This document shows positions 27,299 through 37,087 of a stretch of 64,000 bases of DNA, in pieces. Every line of letters starts with the position of its first letter. Position 1 is the first letter of the stretch. Under the pieces are notes generated by a model. The model was not told the DNA's origin and did not search any database. It was given only the letters and a program-made list of their open reading frames with translations. A program made the position numbers and the translations under genes. Source of the stretch: Spirulina sp. (GTDB taxonomy: Bacteria; Cyanobacteriota; Cyanobacteriia; Phormidesmidales; Phormidesmidaceae); assembly GCA_044070495.1 (NCBI GenBank), contig JBIPSI010000016.1, positions 74,450 to 138,449 of the forward strand, read 5' to 3'.

Positions 27299-29551
27299 AT
27301 GAAAGCTTCCTCCCGCAAGTCCCAACTACCTCAATTCACCCTAGGCACCCAAGTGCGTCAGGAATTACAGCCTGCTCGGCTCGTCCCCACGCTGACAGCA
27401 GGGTTGATTACGGGAGTTCTGCTGGTGATTTACGCCATTTCAATGGCAGCGTTAATCTTTACTGGTTCTCTCGTCGAATTTATTCCCATTGGCATTGGCT
27501 TAACGCTGTTCACGGCGATTGTTATAGCCATCATCGTGGCGTTAACAAACTCGATGCCAGGAATCGTCATCATGCCCCAGGATTCTCCAGCGATCATTCT
27601 GGCCATGATGGCGAGTGCGATCGCAGCCCAACTGCCAGCCTCTGATCCGGCCCTGTTACCCACGGTGATGATGGCACTGGCAATCGCCACCGGAGTCGTG
27701 GGTATCGTTTACTTTTTACTTGGCTCCTTCAAACTCGGCAATTTAATCCGCTTTATTCCCTATCCAGTGGTGGGCGGCTTTCTGGCGGGCACTGGCTACT
27801 TACTTGCCCAGGGTGCCTTCAACGTAATGACGGATCAGTTTTTTAATCTAGCGGATTTACCGGCTTTACTGACCCCAACGATGGCTGTACGTTGGCTACC
27901 CGGCTGTGCCGTTGGCCTGACTTTAGTGGTCTTGCTGCGCCGCTACAACAATGTGTTTATTATGCCGGGCATTATCGTTGGCAGCACCCTGGCGTTTTAT
28001 TTGACCCTATGGCTAACTCGAACACCCATCAGCCATGCCCAGGAGTTGGGGCTGCTCTTTGGCGATTTCCCTAAAGGTGGGCTGTGGCAACCCCTGCATT
28101 GGTCAATGCTGACCCAGGTCAACTGGGCGCTCATTTTAGGTCAGGTCGATAAAATGGCGACCGTGACACTGCTTTCAGTGATTGCTCTTTTGCTGAACGT
28201 GTCGGGTATTGAGCTGGCCGCCCGTCAGGATATCGACCTGAACCGGGAGCTGCAATCAACCGGGATTGCCAATGTGATTGTTGGCCTAGGCGGTGGCATT
28301 GTGGGTTTCCATGCCCTGGGTCTATCCGTTTTAAGCTGCGCCAAAATTAATGCCAAAAGTCGTCTGGTAGGAGTGCTCGCCGCCAGTATTTGTGTCGTTA
28401 CCCTGCTGCTGGGGGATACGTTGGTCACGTTGTTTCCGAAACCGGTGCTAGGAGGGGTGGCTCTATTTTTGGGTTTAAGCTTTTTGGTGGAGTGGGTCTA
28501 CGACGCCTGGTTTAAGCTGCCGAAAACAGATTATGGCATTGTTATCTTGATCCTGTTTGTAATTGCCACCGTTGGCTTTTTACAGGGGGTCGGCGTCGGT
28601 ATCGTCGTCGCCATTGCCCTGTTTGTAGTCAGTTCTAGCCGAGTCAACGTCACCAAACACATCCTCTCCGGTGCCACCCACCAGAGCCACAGGGCTCGCA
28701 GCTTACCCCAAACCCGAATTCTTCAGGAGGAAGGCGATCAGATCTACATTCTCGATTTGCAGGGGTTTCTTTTTTTTGGCACTGCCAATGCCCTACTAAA
28801 GCGCGTTCAAGATAGGCTTAATGATAACTGCCTCACTCCCTTAAAGTACGTCGTTCTCGACTTTCAGGCGGTCAACGGACTCGACTCTTCAGCGGTACTC
28901 AGCTTTGTCCGCCTCAAGCAACTCTTGCAGCAACAGCAGGTCAAACTGGTGCTGACCCATCTCAGCCCAGCGATTCGCACCCAGCTCAAGCGGGGGGGAT
29001 GCCTACTGCCGGATGACCTGGCTTGTCAGGCGTTTGCCGATCGCGATCGCGGCCTGGAATGGTGTGAAAATGACCTGCTCGGGGTGATTCCCCTACGACG
29101 CGCCCGCACTCTGCCGCTGCTGCTTCAGCTCAATGATCTGTTTCCGGCCCGTGATGTCGCCACTGAATTCATCGACTACCTGGAAGAGTGGGACGCCGAA
29201 CCAGGGGAATACATCTATCAACAGGGTCAGCCCGCCGATACCCTTGATCTGATCGAAGTGGGTGAGGTGGCCGTATATCTGGATGGGCAACAGGAACAAA
29301 CTCATCGCATTCAAGCGCTAGGGGCAGGCAACGTGGTCGGAGCGGTAGATTTTTTCCGTCACTCCAATCACCAAACGACAGCGATCGTCGAAGCGCCCAG
29401 CACCCTCTATCGATTAACGGTAGAGAGCTTCCAGCGTATGGAAAAAGAGCACCCCGAGGTGGCAACGGCGTTTCAGGCGGCGGTGATTCAAATTTTGGGT
29501 GATCGGCTCACCTATGCCTACAAAGAAATTGCCGACCTGCTGCGATCGTGA
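27299..29551 (+). CDS. SulP family anion transporter with STAS and cNMP-binding domains
   Basis: RFIPYPVVGGFLAG, QGFLFFGTA (STAS), C-terminal cyclic-nucleotide-binding fold. Confidence 0.9.
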   Translation: MKASSRKSQLPQFTLGTQVRQELQPARLVPTLTAGLITGVLLVIYAISMAALIFTGSLVEFIPIGIGLTLFTAIVIAIIVALTNSMPGIVIMPQDSPAIILAMMASAIAAQLPASDPALLPTVMMALAIATGVVGIVYFLLGSFKLGNLIRFIPYPVVGGFLAGTGYLLAQGAFNVMTDQFFNLADLPALLTPTMAVRWLPGCAVGLTLVVLLRRYNNVFIMPGIIVGSTLAFYLTLWLTRTPISHAQELGLLFGDFPKGGLWQPLHWSMLTQVNWALILGQVDKMATVTLLSVIALLLNVSGIELAARQDIDLNRELQSTGIANVIVGLGGGIVGFHALGLSVLSCAKINAKSRLVGVLAASICVVTLLLGDTLVTLFPKPVLGGVALFLGLSFLVEWVYDAWFKLPKTDYGIVILILFVIATVGFLQGVGVGIVVAIALFVVSSSRVNVTKHILSGATHQSHRARSLPQTRILQEEGDQIYILDLQGFLFFGTANALLKRVQDRLNDNCLTPLKYVVLDFQAVNGLDSSAVLSFVRLKQLLQQQQVKLVLTHLSPAIRTQLKRGGCLLPDDLACQAFADRDRGLEWCENDLLGVIPLRRARTLPLLLQLNDLFPARDVATEFIDYLEEWDAEPGEYIYQQGQPADTLDLIEVGEVAVYLDGQQEQTHRIQALGAGNVVGAVDFFRHSNHQTTAIVEAPSTLYRLTVESFQRMEKEHPEVATAFQAAVIQILGDRLTYAYKEIADLLRS

Positions 29552-29573
29552 GGCAGCTCATGGGCCAGATATT

Positions 29574-29600
29574 TGCATACTTAGCCCAAACCAGCCGTAT
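29574..29600 (+). promoter_or_regulatory. Promoter-like motif copy 2
   Basis: TGCATAC-ttagcccaaaccag-CCGTAT. Confidence 0.65.
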
Positions 29601-29838
29601 ATGTTTGTGAGTTAAATCTCACTTACAAAACCACCGGCCAGGGCTGCGAACTATCTTTTGATATTCCGGTACTGGTCATTTTTTTGACCACCCAAGCAGA
29701 GCCCTACTTAGAGCCTGCCCCTATGCTTGAAATGCGAGTCAAGGCACGACTGACGGGACGCGAATTCTTATAGGCGATGCAAGGCCCGCTCCAAGTATGA
29801 CGCTTGGGGGGCGATCGCTAATATTTGCCAAACGAAAG

Positions 29839-29887
29839 TTTCAAATTCAGGCCTGAGAATTGCATACTCACCCTATGGCAGCCGTAT
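29839..29887 (+). promoter_or_regulatory. Promoter-like motif copy 3
   Basis: TTTCA-N10-TGAGA then TGCATAC-tcaccctatggcag-CCGTAT; about 75 nt before the patatin ATG. Confidence 0.7.
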
Positions 29888-29961
29888 TATCCTGTGAGCA
29901 CATCGTTTGGCTCACCGTTAACGATAAATTTAGGGCCAGATACCATATAAGAGCAATCTCT

Positions 29962-31023
29962 ATGAAGAAAATTCTGAGTATCGACGGCGGTGGCATTCGA
30001 GGTTTGATTCCGGCCATGGTGCTGACAGAAATTGAAAGGAGAACCAATCAGCCCATTTCAAAGAGCTTTGATCTAATCGCAGGTACTTCAACTGGAGGAA
30101 TTCTAGCGCTTGGGCTTAGTAAGGCTGACGAGAGCGGGCAGCCCGAATTTTCTGCCAAAGCCCTGAGCGAAATCTATACAAATCACGGCAAAACCATATT
30201 TCCCCAGGGCACCTGGGCTTCTGCTGCCCGGCACCTTTGGGTCGGATTTGGTATGTCGGAGAAAATTTATTCTCACCAAGGCTTAGAAGAAGTGCTTAGG
30301 GATAAGGTTGGAAATGCAACCCTGGGTGATGCGCTGGGTAGAGTACTGATTTCAACCTACGACATTGTCGGTGGAGAACCTGTCTTTTTCAAAAGCTGGG
30401 ATGGCCCCCACAAAGCCGTGAAGATGGTTGATGTGGCTCGCGCTACATCGGCGGCCCCTACCTACTTCGAGCCTCACCAAGTAACGATTACCTACGAAAA
30501 AGAAGAGTATTTTGAGAAGTATAACCTGAGCTACAAAAAAGAAAAATTCAAGAAAATTATTGTCGAGAAAGTCATTGATGGAAAAGAGATGATTGAAAAA
30601 ACGTACACATTGGTGGATGGAGGAATTTGTATCAATTCTCCCGCAGTTTCCGCCTATGCCGAGGCTAAGCGCCTTTTTCCTGAAGAGCAAGACTTTTTAG
30701 TCCTGTCATTGGGCACAGGGCAAATTAATCCTGAAACGACTTACCAGCAAGCGAGGGCTTGGGGGATGGCTTCCTGGGCTAGGCCACTGATCAAGTTCAT
30801 GTTTGATGGTGTCTCTGATGTGGCCGACTATCAACTGCGAAATATTTTGAGCGGCGAACCTAAGCGTTACTACCGCATGCAGACCGATATCCATGAGGAT
30901 TCGGGTGCCATGGATCTTGCCAGTGATGAAAATATTCTCAGATTAATCAACGGCGCTACAAGTCTGATCAGAGAGCAAGATGCAAACCTGAATGAACTCT
31001 GTGGTTTGCTAAGCGGCTCATAG
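29962..31023 (+). CDS. Patatin-like phospholipase
   Basis: ILSIDGGGIRG, GTSTG, ATSAAPTYF, DGG; ATG at 29962. Confidence 0.93.
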   Translation: MKKILSIDGGGIRGLIPAMVLTEIERRTNQPISKSFDLIAGTSTGGILALGLSKADESGQPEFSAKALSEIYTNHGKTIFPQGTWASAARHLWVGFGMSEKIYSHQGLEEVLRDKVGNATLGDALGRVLISTYDIVGGEPVFFKSWDGPHKAVKMVDVARATSAAPTYFEPHQVTITYEKEEYFEKYNLSYKKEKFKKIIVEKVIDGKEMIEKTYTLVDGGICINSPAVSAYAEAKRLFPEEQDFLVLSLGTGQINPETTYQQARAWGMASWARPLIKFMFDGVSDVADYQLRNILSGEPKRYYRMQTDIHEDSGAMDLASDENILRLINGATSLIREQDANLNELCGLLSGS

Positions 31024-31074
31024 CGCCTGCATAGATGCTTCAGTTTGTCCATTTGTATACTTTTTATCACTGCC

Positions 31075-32112
31075 ATGACTCTTCTTTCAAACAGCCTCAA
31101 GATTTCTGCAACAGTAACGACAGCTGCTCTCCTAGCTACCTGCTTTTCCCCTAGTGCGATCGCCGACCAGCCGACCATTGTCACCGTTCAGAAACTCACC
31201 GCTGGCGATCGCGCCTGCTATGTCGATGTCATTGATGCGGGGGGAGTCTACTCTACAGAATATGCAGCTTTCGAGGTTTGTGAGCAAGATTTAGTCGGTA
31301 GAGACGTGAATCTTATCTATGAGCCGGGCAGCATTATAGCTGTCTCGTGCCAGGGCGATCCGGCCTGTAGCGAAACTGAAACGGTGATGCTGATTACCCA
31401 GGCTGAAATCATCGAGGCTCCGACAGTGGGCGTTATCCATGAGGTTATTGTAGGGGACAGAGCCTGTGATATTGGATTTACAGATGAAACGGGAGAACTC
31501 TGGTACCGCCAAGCAACCTTTGCAGTCTGTAATCAAGATTTAATCGGTGACACTGCGCAATTTACCTATGAAGTAGCGGAGATTTCAGCCTATGCTTGCG
31601 AGGGCGATCCAACCTGTGAGCAAACCGATGTCGTGACTCTGATTACCAATGTCGAAATTGTTTCTGACTTGACCCCCAATTTAATCAATGATAGACCTCA
31701 AGGTCGCGTGCAGGATCTCCCCGATGGCAACTATCGCTACTGGAGCGGCACCACCGATCAAAGTATTGTTTCTGACGATATCCTGATCAATAACGGAGGC
31801 ACCTTATTTCTGTTCCGAAAGCAGGGTGATAATGTTACAGGCATTTTCTCTTATGTGAATGCGGAAGCCATCTGTATTAGCGGCCAAGTCAATGGCAACA
31901 CCGTCAGCGGTCGGGCGGTGCAAACGGGGGAGGGGATTTCTGTCCTGAGTAGCGGAGAAACCTTTGCAAACTTTGGGCCGAGTGAGACCTTGTCTCTACG
32001 TCGAGGTCGCCAGGTCAGCGATGAACAGGTTCGCTATGGCAGCGCCCTTCTAAATCTCGCAGAACTCAATCGCATTAATGCCGGTACAGCCCTTCCCCCA
32101 GGAGGATGCTAG
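31075..32112 (+). CDS. Secreted protein with two tandem Cys-containing repeats
   Basis: Signal peptide; GDRAC...FxVCxQDLxG...CxGDPxC..T..V.LIT occurs twice. Confidence 0.75.
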   Translation: MTLLSNSLKISATVTTAALLATCFSPSAIADQPTIVTVQKLTAGDRACYVDVIDAGGVYSTEYAAFEVCEQDLVGRDVNLIYEPGSIIAVSCQGDPACSETETVMLITQAEIIEAPTVGVIHEVIVGDRACDIGFTDETGELWYRQATFAVCNQDLIGDTAQFTYEVAEISAYACEGDPTCEQTDVVTLITNVEIVSDLTPNLINDRPQGRVQDLPDGNYRYWSGTTDQSIVSDDILINNGGTLFLFRKQGDNVTGIFSYVNAEAICISGQVNGNTVSGRAVQTGEGISVLSSGETFANFGPSETLSLRRGRQVSDEQVRYGSALLNLAELNRINAGTALPPGGC

Positions 32113-32280
32113 AACTCATTATGTGCCCTGAGACTATCAAGAAAAATAGGCTTGGGGTGCGTGACAGTTTTCCTTCAACAGATCGTTTCAACCTGTGCTA
32201 GCGTAGGTAGATCGCAGGGCTTGATTTGAATGAGATCGTCTACGGGTGAGGTGCGATCAATGATAGTTGCCAAAAGAAAT

Positions 32281-32329
32281 TCTCAAACTTAGGGCTGAGA
32301 GCTGCATACTCCGTAAACATCAACCGTAT
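32281..32329 (+). promoter_or_regulatory. Promoter-like motif copy 4
   Basis: TCTCA-aacttagggc-TGAGA then TGCATAC-tccgtaaacatcaa-CCGTAT; about 30 nt before ATG 32359. Confidence 0.7.
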
Positions 32330-32358
32330 ATGTTCTTAGACTACATGGAGAAGTATTT

Positions 32359-33264
32359 ATGTTATTGATACCTGAACTTGAAAGAGTAAACCATTGGGCT
32401 TCGGTTCACAGTCCACTACATTCCCATAGATCTGCAAAGCGCGAACGTCAATCGGTAACACATTTTGCACCATTATTCCTTACAGAAAGTAACGTTGGCG
32501 AGCATGGCTTTCAACCGCCTGTAGTCTCTGGAAGCGCTTTAGTCGGAGATGGGAAGGAAAATGGCTTAAGGAAAGATTTAGAAGTAGGCAATTGTCTACC
32601 TGGTTTAGGAGAACCTCTTACTGCAGAGGGGTATAATGCTCTGTTAGAACAATATCGTGGAAGTCCGCTCACTGGTTGTACAACCGTAATGGATATGGCA
32701 AGGATAAAAGCCGGTTATAACCCCCTTAGTCCAGACTTTGACGGTAATAAGTCAGCTTTCGATGATTACGTTTCAAGAATAATGCAGTCTCCTTTTTTCT
32801 TTCTCGATTATTCAAGCCGAACGGATTATCACAAGGAAGAGCAAAATTGGGATCAAGCGATTAGTGGAATTGCTGATCTCTATGAGGGAATTGAATCTGG
32901 CAGTAAAGATTCAATAGTCAAAAGCTTAGCAGCCATGGCCCAGGCAGCAGCCTCAAGAAAGAACACAAAAAACACGCAGAACTTGTTTGCGCAAAGCACA
33001 ATAAGCATCAATGATAAAATCGAGGTTTTTATTTACTCCAGCCTAGTTGAGATGGAGGAAAGCCAGTCTAAGGGTAGCGATTCTAAGCAGACTGATATGA
33101 CCATCATAAAAGCTAAGTTAACCTTTTACAGCACTATGTGGCCATCATACGCGCAGATGGTGCTAGGTCATCATATAAAGCTAACGAGTGATTGGTTAGA
33201 CGAGAATACATTAAAGTCAGGTTCTGAAACAACAAATCTGAATTTAGGACAAAATAAAGCATAG
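32359..33264 (+). CDS. Hypothetical protein, Evf/Cyt-like candidate
   Basis: AT-rich 301-aa ORF; SPFF..I.DLYEGI...I..SL..MA.AA.S...QNLFAQ...FIYSS...DWL pattern recalls the Evf family. Confidence 0.5.
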   Translation: MLLIPELERVNHWASVHSPLHSHRSAKRERQSVTHFAPLFLTESNVGEHGFQPPVVSGSALVGDGKENGLRKDLEVGNCLPGLGEPLTAEGYNALLEQYRGSPLTGCTTVMDMARIKAGYNPLSPDFDGNKSAFDDYVSRIMQSPFFFLDYSSRTDYHKEEQNWDQAISGIADLYEGIESGSKDSIVKSLAAMAQAAASRKNTKNTQNLFAQSTISINDKIEVFIYSSLVEMEESQSKGSDSKQTDMTIIKAKLTFYSTMWPSYAQMVLGHHIKLTSDWLDENTLKSGSETTNLNLGQNKA

Positions 33265-33375
33265 GGTGAGACTGGTTTCGCAAAAACACAAGATTGGGAG
33301 ATTAATGAAGTTTCGTCATCTCCCAATCTTATTGATTACACATCGAAATCCGCGAAAAATATACCGAATAGGCTT

Positions 33376-34248
33376 TTGACTAGAATGAATTTAGAAAGCA
33401 CTAATAAGTGGATTGAACACGTAAACAGTTTTCCGGTTGAATTTAATCTTGATCCTACCCGTATCCATCCGTTCACCCTTGAGCTTCCATCTAGCATATC
33501 AACTAACAATAAAACGTCTGGTGTGGGCGCAATATTATTAGGAAAAGGAATAACAGAAGTTCATAAGCAAGCGGAAGAGCTGGCAGCAACAAAGCCAGAG
33601 GAAAGACCGTGGGAAAATTCAGATTGGTTAGATAAATTTAGTGCTTCTCCTGCAAACGGATTGGCCAGCATTTTAGGTTTTATACAGCATAGAGTGAACT
33701 GGAATCCAATTAGAAATTCCGAAGCGACACGGAATAATTTCTCGGCCTTTATTAACCTACTTTCACTTAGCCCATATTTGGCACATAATATTGTTGACAA
33801 AACCAAAGTTAACTTCAAGAATAAAGACTATCCGAAGATAATTGATGAAATTCTATCTCTGTACACTGGATTATCTCCTGAGCAAATGCAGGATGTGAAG
33901 ACTAACTTGCGGCAAATGGTGTATGCGGCTTTATCAGAAGCGGGTAGTCAGCAAACCAATACATTATTTGTTCAAAACATTATGGAAGTTAAGACGCCAG
34001 ACATAATAGCTTTCTACGTGTACTCTTCGAAGGTTTCATTTATTTACCATGGCGGGAAGCATCATTTCATGGAGACACATGCCATAATTGATCGCATTAA
34101 ACTTATCTTTGATGCATCAAAGGTTTGGAATCGTACCACTGCTGCAATTGTTTCTGGAATCCTATATAACGATGTCAATCAATGGTTAGAAAACAATAAT
34201 GCTCCTGATAAACAGTCGATTCAACCCACAATAGATCTGTGTTTCTAA
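33376..34248 (+). CDS. Divergent paralogue of the upstream Evf-like protein
   Basis: Shares NP, SPY, LY.G, TLFVQN, YVYSS, KL.F and QWLENN in register with 32359-33264; start may be ATG 33385. Confidence 0.5.
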   Translation: MTRMNLESTNKWIEHVNSFPVEFNLDPTRIHPFTLELPSSISTNNKTSGVGAILLGKGITEVHKQAEELAATKPEERPWENSDWLDKFSASPANGLASILGFIQHRVNWNPIRNSEATRNNFSAFINLLSLSPYLAHNIVDKTKVNFKNKDYPKIIDEILSLYTGLSPEQMQDVKTNLRQMVYAALSEAGSQQTNTLFVQNIMEVKTPDIIAFYVYSSKVSFIYHGGKHHFMETHAIIDRIKLIFDASKVWNRTTAAIVSGILYNDVNQWLENNNAPDKQSIQPTIDLCF

Positions 34249-34450
34249 TTATTTTATAATCTCATAACTAAGATTTCCGTTTTCTTGGGTATGTTGTCGT
34301 CCATCGTGTAGAGAATAAACGTTGCTAAACAGTTTGAATCGGTATACAGTGTTGGTAAAGTGCCAAAAGGGTTGCCCCGGCCTCACTAGCCTGAAATAGT
34401 CTGTATGGCTAATTGCTTAATACTGCAAAGTATCCGCTAGATCATTTTCT

Positions 34451-37042
34451 ATGGCGTGGCGCATTGATAGCGTGCTTTCCTGGCTGCGGCTATTCAAACT
34501 AAGCCTTTACCTATTTTTAGGCATAGTCCTTGCCTTCACTCCCGTTTGGGGACTTAGTCTAGTCCATGCTGGAGAAGCGAGAATGGCTGAGATCGCCGCT
34601 TCCCCCTCGCCTAACGACCTGCTCGATCAGGGTCGCCAAGCTTATACATCCCAGCGATATATCGAGGCTGTAGCCGCTTGGGAAGAGTCAACAATGTTAT
34701 TCACTGATCGCCCGCTCCAGCAAGCCCTGGCTCTCGGCTATCTCACCCTGGCGCACCAGCAACTCAGCCAGTGGGACGCCGCCGATCGCACCATCACCCA
34801 CAGCTTAAACCTCCTCGCCACCGCCCCCGACTCCCCCCAAAAGCTGGCCGTGAGCGCCCAGGTTCACAACACCCTCGGCAGCCTGCAATTTGCCCTAGGG
34901 CAGACCCAGGCTGCCCTAGAAACCTGGCACACCGCTGCCGAGCTGTACAAGCAAACCGGAGACGAAAGCCGCTACGTCAACGCTCTCCTAAACCAGGTAC
35001 AGGCCCAGCAGTCATTGGGATACTACCAGCCCGCGCGGCGTACCCTGGCGACCCTGGAGCAGCGCCTGCCGCTACAGTCGCTGCCCGTGCAGGTGCTGGG
35101 CTATCAACGGCTAGGGCAGACCTACCGCCTGCTGGGCGACCTGGAAATGGCCCAGGCTCATTTGCAGACTGCTTTGGAACTGGCGCAGCGAGAGCGCTTA
35201 GCCACGGGGGCCATCTTGCTGGGGCTGGCCAATACGGCCCAGGGGCAGGGAGACTGGCAGAGCGCAATCGCTCTCTACCAGCAAGCCGAACAGACCCAGG
35301 AATCCGACATTCGCCTCAAGGCCCGCCTGAACCGACTCAGCCTGTTAGCCCAGCACGATCCTGAGGCGGCTCCACCGCTGGCCGTCTCTCTACCGAGAGA
35401 TCTAGCCGAAATGCCCCCAGGGCGCAGCCAGATCTATGCCCACATCAACGCGGCCCAAAGCCTGCTCCAGCTTAAAACCCCTGCTGAGGTCGAAACCGCT
35501 GCCCGACTGCTGGCCCAGGCCATTCAGCAGAGCATGGCCTTGCAAGATACCCGTGCCGAAGCCTATGCCAGGGGCTATCTGGGCCACGCCTACGAGGTCT
35601 CCCAGCAGTGGCCGGAGGCGCAGCAGTTAACCGAGCAAGCTCTGACCCTGGCCCAAGCCCTCAATGCCGCCGATATCGCCTACCAGTGGCACTGGCAGCT
35701 AGGTCGCCTGCTCAATCAACAGGGGCAACCAAACCTGGCTTTGCCAGCCTACCGGAATGCTTTCACCGCCCTGCAATCCCTCAAACAAGATCTAGTAGCC
35801 GTCAGCGACGACCTCCAGTTCTCCTTTCGCGACAGCGTCGAGCCAGTCTACCGAGAGCTGGTCGATCTGCTGCTGCAACCGGAACCCCAAACACCCTCTT
35901 CCGTCACCCCACCACCCCACTACCCCACCACCCGCCTCACCGAAGCCCGCTTAGTCATCGAAGCCTTGCAGATCGCCGAACTCAACAATTTCTTTAGAAC
36001 CGCCTGCCTGGAGGGTGAGCAGGTCGCCCTTGAGGCGGTGAGTCAGTCCACCACCGCCGTCATTTACCCAATTATTCTGCCGGATCGGCTGGAGATCATC
36101 GCCAGTCTGCCGGGGCAGCCCCTGCGGCAGTACACCAGCCCAGTGCCCCAGGCAGCGCTGGAGCAGACCCTGACGGACTGGCGGCAAAACCTGGAACGGC
36201 GGTTCACCGCTCCCGAGGGCAGGGCCCTGGGACAGCAGCTCTACCGCTGGCTGATTGACCCGATGCAGGAGGTACTGGCCGAAACCCGGCCCCAAACCCT
36301 GGTCTTCGTGCTGGATGGTGCCCTGCGAAACACCCCCATGGCGGCCCTGTACGACGGGGAGCGGTATTTGGTGGAAGACTATGCGATCGCCCTCTCCCCC
36401 GGTCTCCAACTTCTCGGCCCCCGGCCTTTACAGGACAGTCGGATGGCGGCACTCTTGGCAGGGCTGACGGAGCCTAGACATGGCTTTAGCGCCCTCACCA
36501 ACGTGAACAACGAGATTCAAACCATTCAGGCGCTGCTCGACAATCGGGTCTTGCTCGATGAACAGTTCACCACAACAGCCCTAGCCCAGCAGATCGCAAA
36601 GACTGAGCTGCCCATTGTGCACCTGGCCACCCATGCCCAGTACAGCTCTAATCTGCAAGACACCTTCATTCTGGCCTGGGATCGCCCCATGCCGGTGGAT
36701 GAGTTGAGCCTCCTGCTCAGCGCCGGAGACCAGAGCCGGGTGGAACCCATTGAGCTGCTGGTGCTCAGCGCCTGCGAGACGGCCACCGGAGACAACCGCG
36801 CCGCCCTGGGTTTGGCGGGTCTGTCGCTCCAGGCGGGTGCCCGCAGTACCCTGGCCTCCCTGTGGAATTTAGACGACGCTTCTGGAGCGTATTTTATTCG
36901 CCAGTTCTATCAAGCCCTGGCCCAGCCCGGTGCAACTAAAGCCAAAGCGCTGCGCCAGGCCCAAAGGTCGCTGCTACAGCATCCTGACTACCGCCATCCG
37001 ATCTATTGGTCGGCCTATGTGCTGGTGGGAAACTGGCTGTAG
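34451..37042 (+). CDS. Exported TPR-CHAT protease
   Basis: N-terminal hydrophobic segment, TPR repeats, FSFRDSVEPVYR, VHLATH, LVLSACETA, HPIYWSAYVLVGNWL. Confidence 0.93.
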   Translation: MAWRIDSVLSWLRLFKLSLYLFLGIVLAFTPVWGLSLVHAGEARMAEIAASPSPNDLLDQGRQAYTSQRYIEAVAAWEESTMLFTDRPLQQALALGYLTLAHQQLSQWDAADRTITHSLNLLATAPDSPQKLAVSAQVHNTLGSLQFALGQTQAALETWHTAAELYKQTGDESRYVNALLNQVQAQQSLGYYQPARRTLATLEQRLPLQSLPVQVLGYQRLGQTYRLLGDLEMAQAHLQTALELAQRERLATGAILLGLANTAQGQGDWQSAIALYQQAEQTQESDIRLKARLNRLSLLAQHDPEAAPPLAVSLPRDLAEMPPGRSQIYAHINAAQSLLQLKTPAEVETAARLLAQAIQQSMALQDTRAEAYARGYLGHAYEVSQQWPEAQQLTEQALTLAQALNAADIAYQWHWQLGRLLNQQGQPNLALPAYRNAFTALQSLKQDLVAVSDDLQFSFRDSVEPVYRELVDLLLQPEPQTPSSVTPPPHYPTTRLTEARLVIEALQIAELNNFFRTACLEGEQVALEAVSQSTTAVIYPIILPDRLEIIASLPGQPLRQYTSPVPQAALEQTLTDWRQNLERRFTAPEGRALGQQLYRWLIDPMQEVLAETRPQTLVFVLDGALRNTPMAALYDGERYLVEDYAIALSPGLQLLGPRPLQDSRMAALLAGLTEPRHGFSALTNVNNEIQTIQALLDNRVLLDEQFTTTALAQQIAKTELPIVHLATHAQYSSNLQDTFILAWDRPMPVDELSLLLSAGDQSRVEPIELLVLSACETATGDNRAALGLAGLSLQAGARSTLASLWNLDDASGAYFIRQFYQALAQPGATKAKALRQAQRSLLQHPDYRHPIYWSAYVLVGNWL

Positions 37043-37087
37043 CCCTATAATGCAGTCGCCACAACCGTAGTTTTTCTAGCCCCCACC

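Noticed and set aside
24590..32329. Repeated motif as CRISPR repeats or integron attC sites
   Set aside because: Copies are 0.3-5 kb apart, have variable middles, lack attC GTTRRRY/RYYYAAC ends, and no integron integrase is present
34381..34410. Fifth promoter-motif copy upstream of TPR-CHAT (CCTCAC-N14-CTGTAT)
   Set aside because: Too many mismatches to distinguish from chance
18022..37042. CHAT proteases or patatin as type III cOA effectors or CBASS
   Set aside because: No CARF/SAVED domains and no CD-NTase; they lie over 12 kb from cmr beyond housekeeping genes and in a different HIP1 context
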